Source: Escherichia phage GEP101
Reading direction: 5' to 3' (one strand)
Sequence record: PQ036202
Length of the DNA: 64,000 nucleotides
Each line of letters starts with the position of its first letter. Positions within the stretch are counted from its first letter, which is position 1. The notes under the pieces were generated by a model that saw only the letters and a list, made by a program, of their open reading frames with translations, was not told the DNA's origin and searched no databases. The translations under genes and the position numbers were made by a program. Below are positions 61,950 through 64,000 of this stretch, piece after piece.

Positions 61950-62498
61950 ATGAAGAAGTTGATTCTAGGTTTGTGCTTAATGTTTACAGCACACTTATCT
62001 TATGCAGTTGACTGCCCAGAGCTATCAATTAGCCAAAAAGTAAATATGTTAAAAGCTTACCAGTATGGTGAGAATAATATGGGTAAAGGGTGGGGCATCA
62101 CTCTAGCTGCTATAGCCTTACAAGAGTCAGAGTTAGGTCTGAATATGGAGAATAAAAAGACCCATGACTATGGTATCTTCCAGAATCACTTGAAGACTGT
62201 TGTAAAGCGTAACAAAATCAGTCCTAATGTGGCTAAAAAGAAACTCTTAAAAGATTTTGACTATGCTGCAAAGGAAACACACAAAGAGCTTGAGTTTTGG
62301 ACGAAGGTACATGGTCAACCAAAGTCAAAGAAGACTTTACAAAAAGTTTTAGCGTCATATAATGCTGGGTATTCGTACAAAATCCCTAAAGCTAAGAAAT
62401 ATTCTCAGGATGTCTATAACAATATGAAAGTTATCGCTCAATGTGAATTTGCAACAAACATTTCTAAGGTAAATCATGAAAAAATTAAGAAAGTTTGA
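61950..62498 (+). CDS. secreted lytic transglycosylase (SLT domain), candidate endolysin
   Basis: Signal peptide MKKLILGLCLMFTAHLSYA; SLT motifs ALQESELG, YGIFQ, ASYNAGYS. Confidence 0.6.
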   Translation: MKKLILGLCLMFTAHLSYAVDCPELSISQKVNMLKAYQYGENNMGKGWGITLAAIALQESELGLNMENKKTHDYGIFQNHLKTVVKRNKISPNVAKKKLLKDFDYAAKETHKELEFWTKVHGQPKSKKTLQKVLASYNAGYSYKIPKAKKYSQDVYNNMKVIAQCEFATNISKVNHEKIKKV

Positions 62499-63171
62499 TG
62501 AAGTACTGTGTCATGCTTATGACTTGCATCCTCATGAGTTAGGTCTTGATTCCTGTGTATGGACGTCAGAACAGTGCAGGGATTTTGAAGACACTGCAAG
62601 AGAAGTTGTATGTTCACTTGAAGAGTTCCACACATCAGAACCAATCGTGAACGTTGTGGACAAAGAGACTGGACAAACTGTAGGAGTGAGACGTGACAGT
62701 CTAGTCATAGTCAATAAAGACCTTGTAGAAAAAGGTAACCTCATCTTAGCAGATATTGATGGCGTTCTTACAAATTTTAATCACGAAGATTACTCCACAG
62801 AGTTGACTGACGGGTCATTTTCACAGTACACTAATCTTCTTGACTCTGTAAGAGCAAAACCAACATACATTTTCAATATCATTGATGCAATTGCTAATCA
62901 TGCTACTATCGGACTCTTGACAGCAAGAGGTGAAACTCAGAGAATACCTACTGAGATGTTCTTGAGGCACAATATAGAGCATGATTACATGCTTTTTATG
63001 CGTGGTTTTGGAACTAACTCTCTAAGTGCAGAAAGTTTAAAAGTGAGGATGATTCAGTCTTGCATTCTGCCTTACTTTAATATAGTATGTTTTATAGAAG
63101 ATACAGAGAAGAATGTTCAGAAGGTAAACAGAATCCTTCCACACATTAAAACCATGTTAGTTAAACATTGA
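62476..63171 (+). CDS. HAD-superfamily hydrolase (putative phosphatase/nucleotidase)
   Basis: LILADIDGVLTNF matches HAD motif I DxDG(T/V). Confidence 0.4.
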   Translation: MKKLRKFDEVLCHAYDLHPHELGLDSCVWTSEQCRDFEDTAREVVCSLEEFHTSEPIVNVVDKETGQTVGVRRDSLVIVNKDLVEKGNLILADIDGVLTNFNHEDYSTELTDGSFSQYTNLLDSVRAKPTYIFNIIDAIANHATIGLLTARGETQRIPTEMFLRHNIEHDYMLFMRGFGTNSLSAESLKVRMIQSCILPYFNIVCFIEDTEKNVQKVNRILPHIKTMLVKH

Positions 63172-63181
63172 GAGAAAACTT

Positions 63182-63646
63182 ATGAACAATATCATTACGG
63201 TAGCACTGGACGTTACGGAAAACAAATCTGAAGTAGTTCGTAACATTATCAAGAGCAACTTTGAGGGTAAAATCTTCCGTGCTGTCAATGTAAAAGCAGA
63301 CGGGAACATCCGGGAATATCGTGCTCTTCTGAATGTTAAGAAACATGTCAAAGGTGCTGGTTCAACGACTGCACACAAAGAAAACCTGATGACTATCTAT
63401 GATATGGGTATGGCTTCAGAGTTAGGTGCTGAAGGTATTGTTAAAGAAGGTGCTCCGTATCGCTCTTTCAATCTGGAAACTGCTCTTATGCTTTCCTTTA
63501 CAAGTGGTTCTAAAACAACTACTTATCTCTTTACTGATGCTGCAACGGTATCTGCTATTAAGGATAGCACTGTCAAAGCTGGGGTAGCTGCTGCTGCAAA
63601 AGCTTCTTCGATGGCTGCAAATGTCCTTGCTAAAGTCCTCAGTTAA
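63182..63646 (+). CDS. hypothetical protein
   Basis: 154-aa ORF. Confidence 0.35.
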   Translation: MNNIITVALDVTENKSEVVRNIIKSNFEGKIFRAVNVKADGNIREYRALLNVKKHVKGAGSTTAHKENLMTIYDMGMASELGAEGIVKEGAPYRSFNLETALMLSFTSGSKTTTYLFTDAATVSAIKDSTVKAGVAAAAKASSMAANVLAKVLS

Positions 63647-63657
63647 GGTTAAGATAC

Positions 63658-63679
63658 AGGCTCCTTCGGGAGCCTTTTT
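63658..63679 (+). terminator. rho-independent terminator (UUCG loop)
   Basis: AGGCTCC-TTCG-GGAGCCT followed by TTTTT. Confidence 0.5.
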
Positions 63680-63698
63680 CATTTCAGGAGGTTGTTAA

Positions 63699-64000
63699 AT
63701 GACATTTAAAGAGTTCTGTCAAGCTACTTTCATAATTGTTTTCTTAGTTGGGGCAGGTGTCTGGGGAGGATACTCCTACAGAGACTACCAAGTTGCTGAA
63801 GCTGAGCTAAACAATGAGAAACTGATAAGTGTCGCTAAAGATGCTTATCAGGAAGGTTTAGTCACACTCAGCACCAATTACAAAAATGATTTGAAAGACG
63901 TGCTTGCTAAGAATAAGCATACAAAAGAGGTACTAACATATGAAAAAACTAAGCCAGAGTTTTATAATGTTTGTGTTACTGATAATTATGTCAGGGTGTT
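63699..64000 (+). CDS. membrane-anchored protein, 3-prime truncated at window edge (possible i-spanin-like)
   Basis: ATG 63699 with AGGAGG RBS; hydrophobic segment FIIVFLVGAGVWGG then charged helical region; runs off window. Confidence 0.35.
   Translation, partial: MTFKEFCQATFIIVFLVGAGVWGGYSYRDYQVAEAELNNEKLISVAKDAYQEGLVTLSTNYKNDLKDVLAKNKHTKEVLTYEKTKPEFYNVCVTDNYVRV

Overview
This window reads as a contiguous piece of a large tailed phage genome (myovirus-like, AT-rich) organised in three transcription blocks. Block 1 (+ strand, 1-24.8 kb): two tandem tRNAs (Ser-GCU, Cys-GCA), packaging genes (large terminase, portal), a lambda-like head module (S49 protease/scaffold, decoration protein, gpE-like major capsid), a Mu/P2-like contractile tail and baseplate with a canonical -1 frameshift site in the tail chaperone pair, and two tail-fibre genes with His-x-His-rich C-termini. 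Block 2 (- strand, 24.8-34.3 kb): thymidylate synthase, DHFR, small regulatory/secreted/lipoprotein genes, ATP-dependent DNA ligase, an HNH-AP2 homing endonuclease, and a family A DNA polymerase interrupted by an ORF-less group I intron. Block 3 (+ strand, 34.5-64 kb): replication and nucleotide metabolism (dNMP kinase, primase-helicase, SSB-like, FEN-type exonuclease, GIY-YIG endonuclease, aerobic NrdAB plus glutaredoxin, anaerobic NrdDG), a GC-richer island carrying a frameshifted beta-class DNA methyltransferase, a PRPP-synthetase-like/NAMPT-like pair matching the NARP1 NAD+ reconstitution (anti-defence) architecture, an rIIA-like GHKL ATPase, a second (gamma-class) N6A methyltransferase and a secreted lytic transglycosylase. 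Genes are punctuated by many hairpin plus T-run terminators (often UUCG-type loops) and several sigma70-like promoters. All calls are from reading the sequence and ORF translations by eye; no database search or computation was run.
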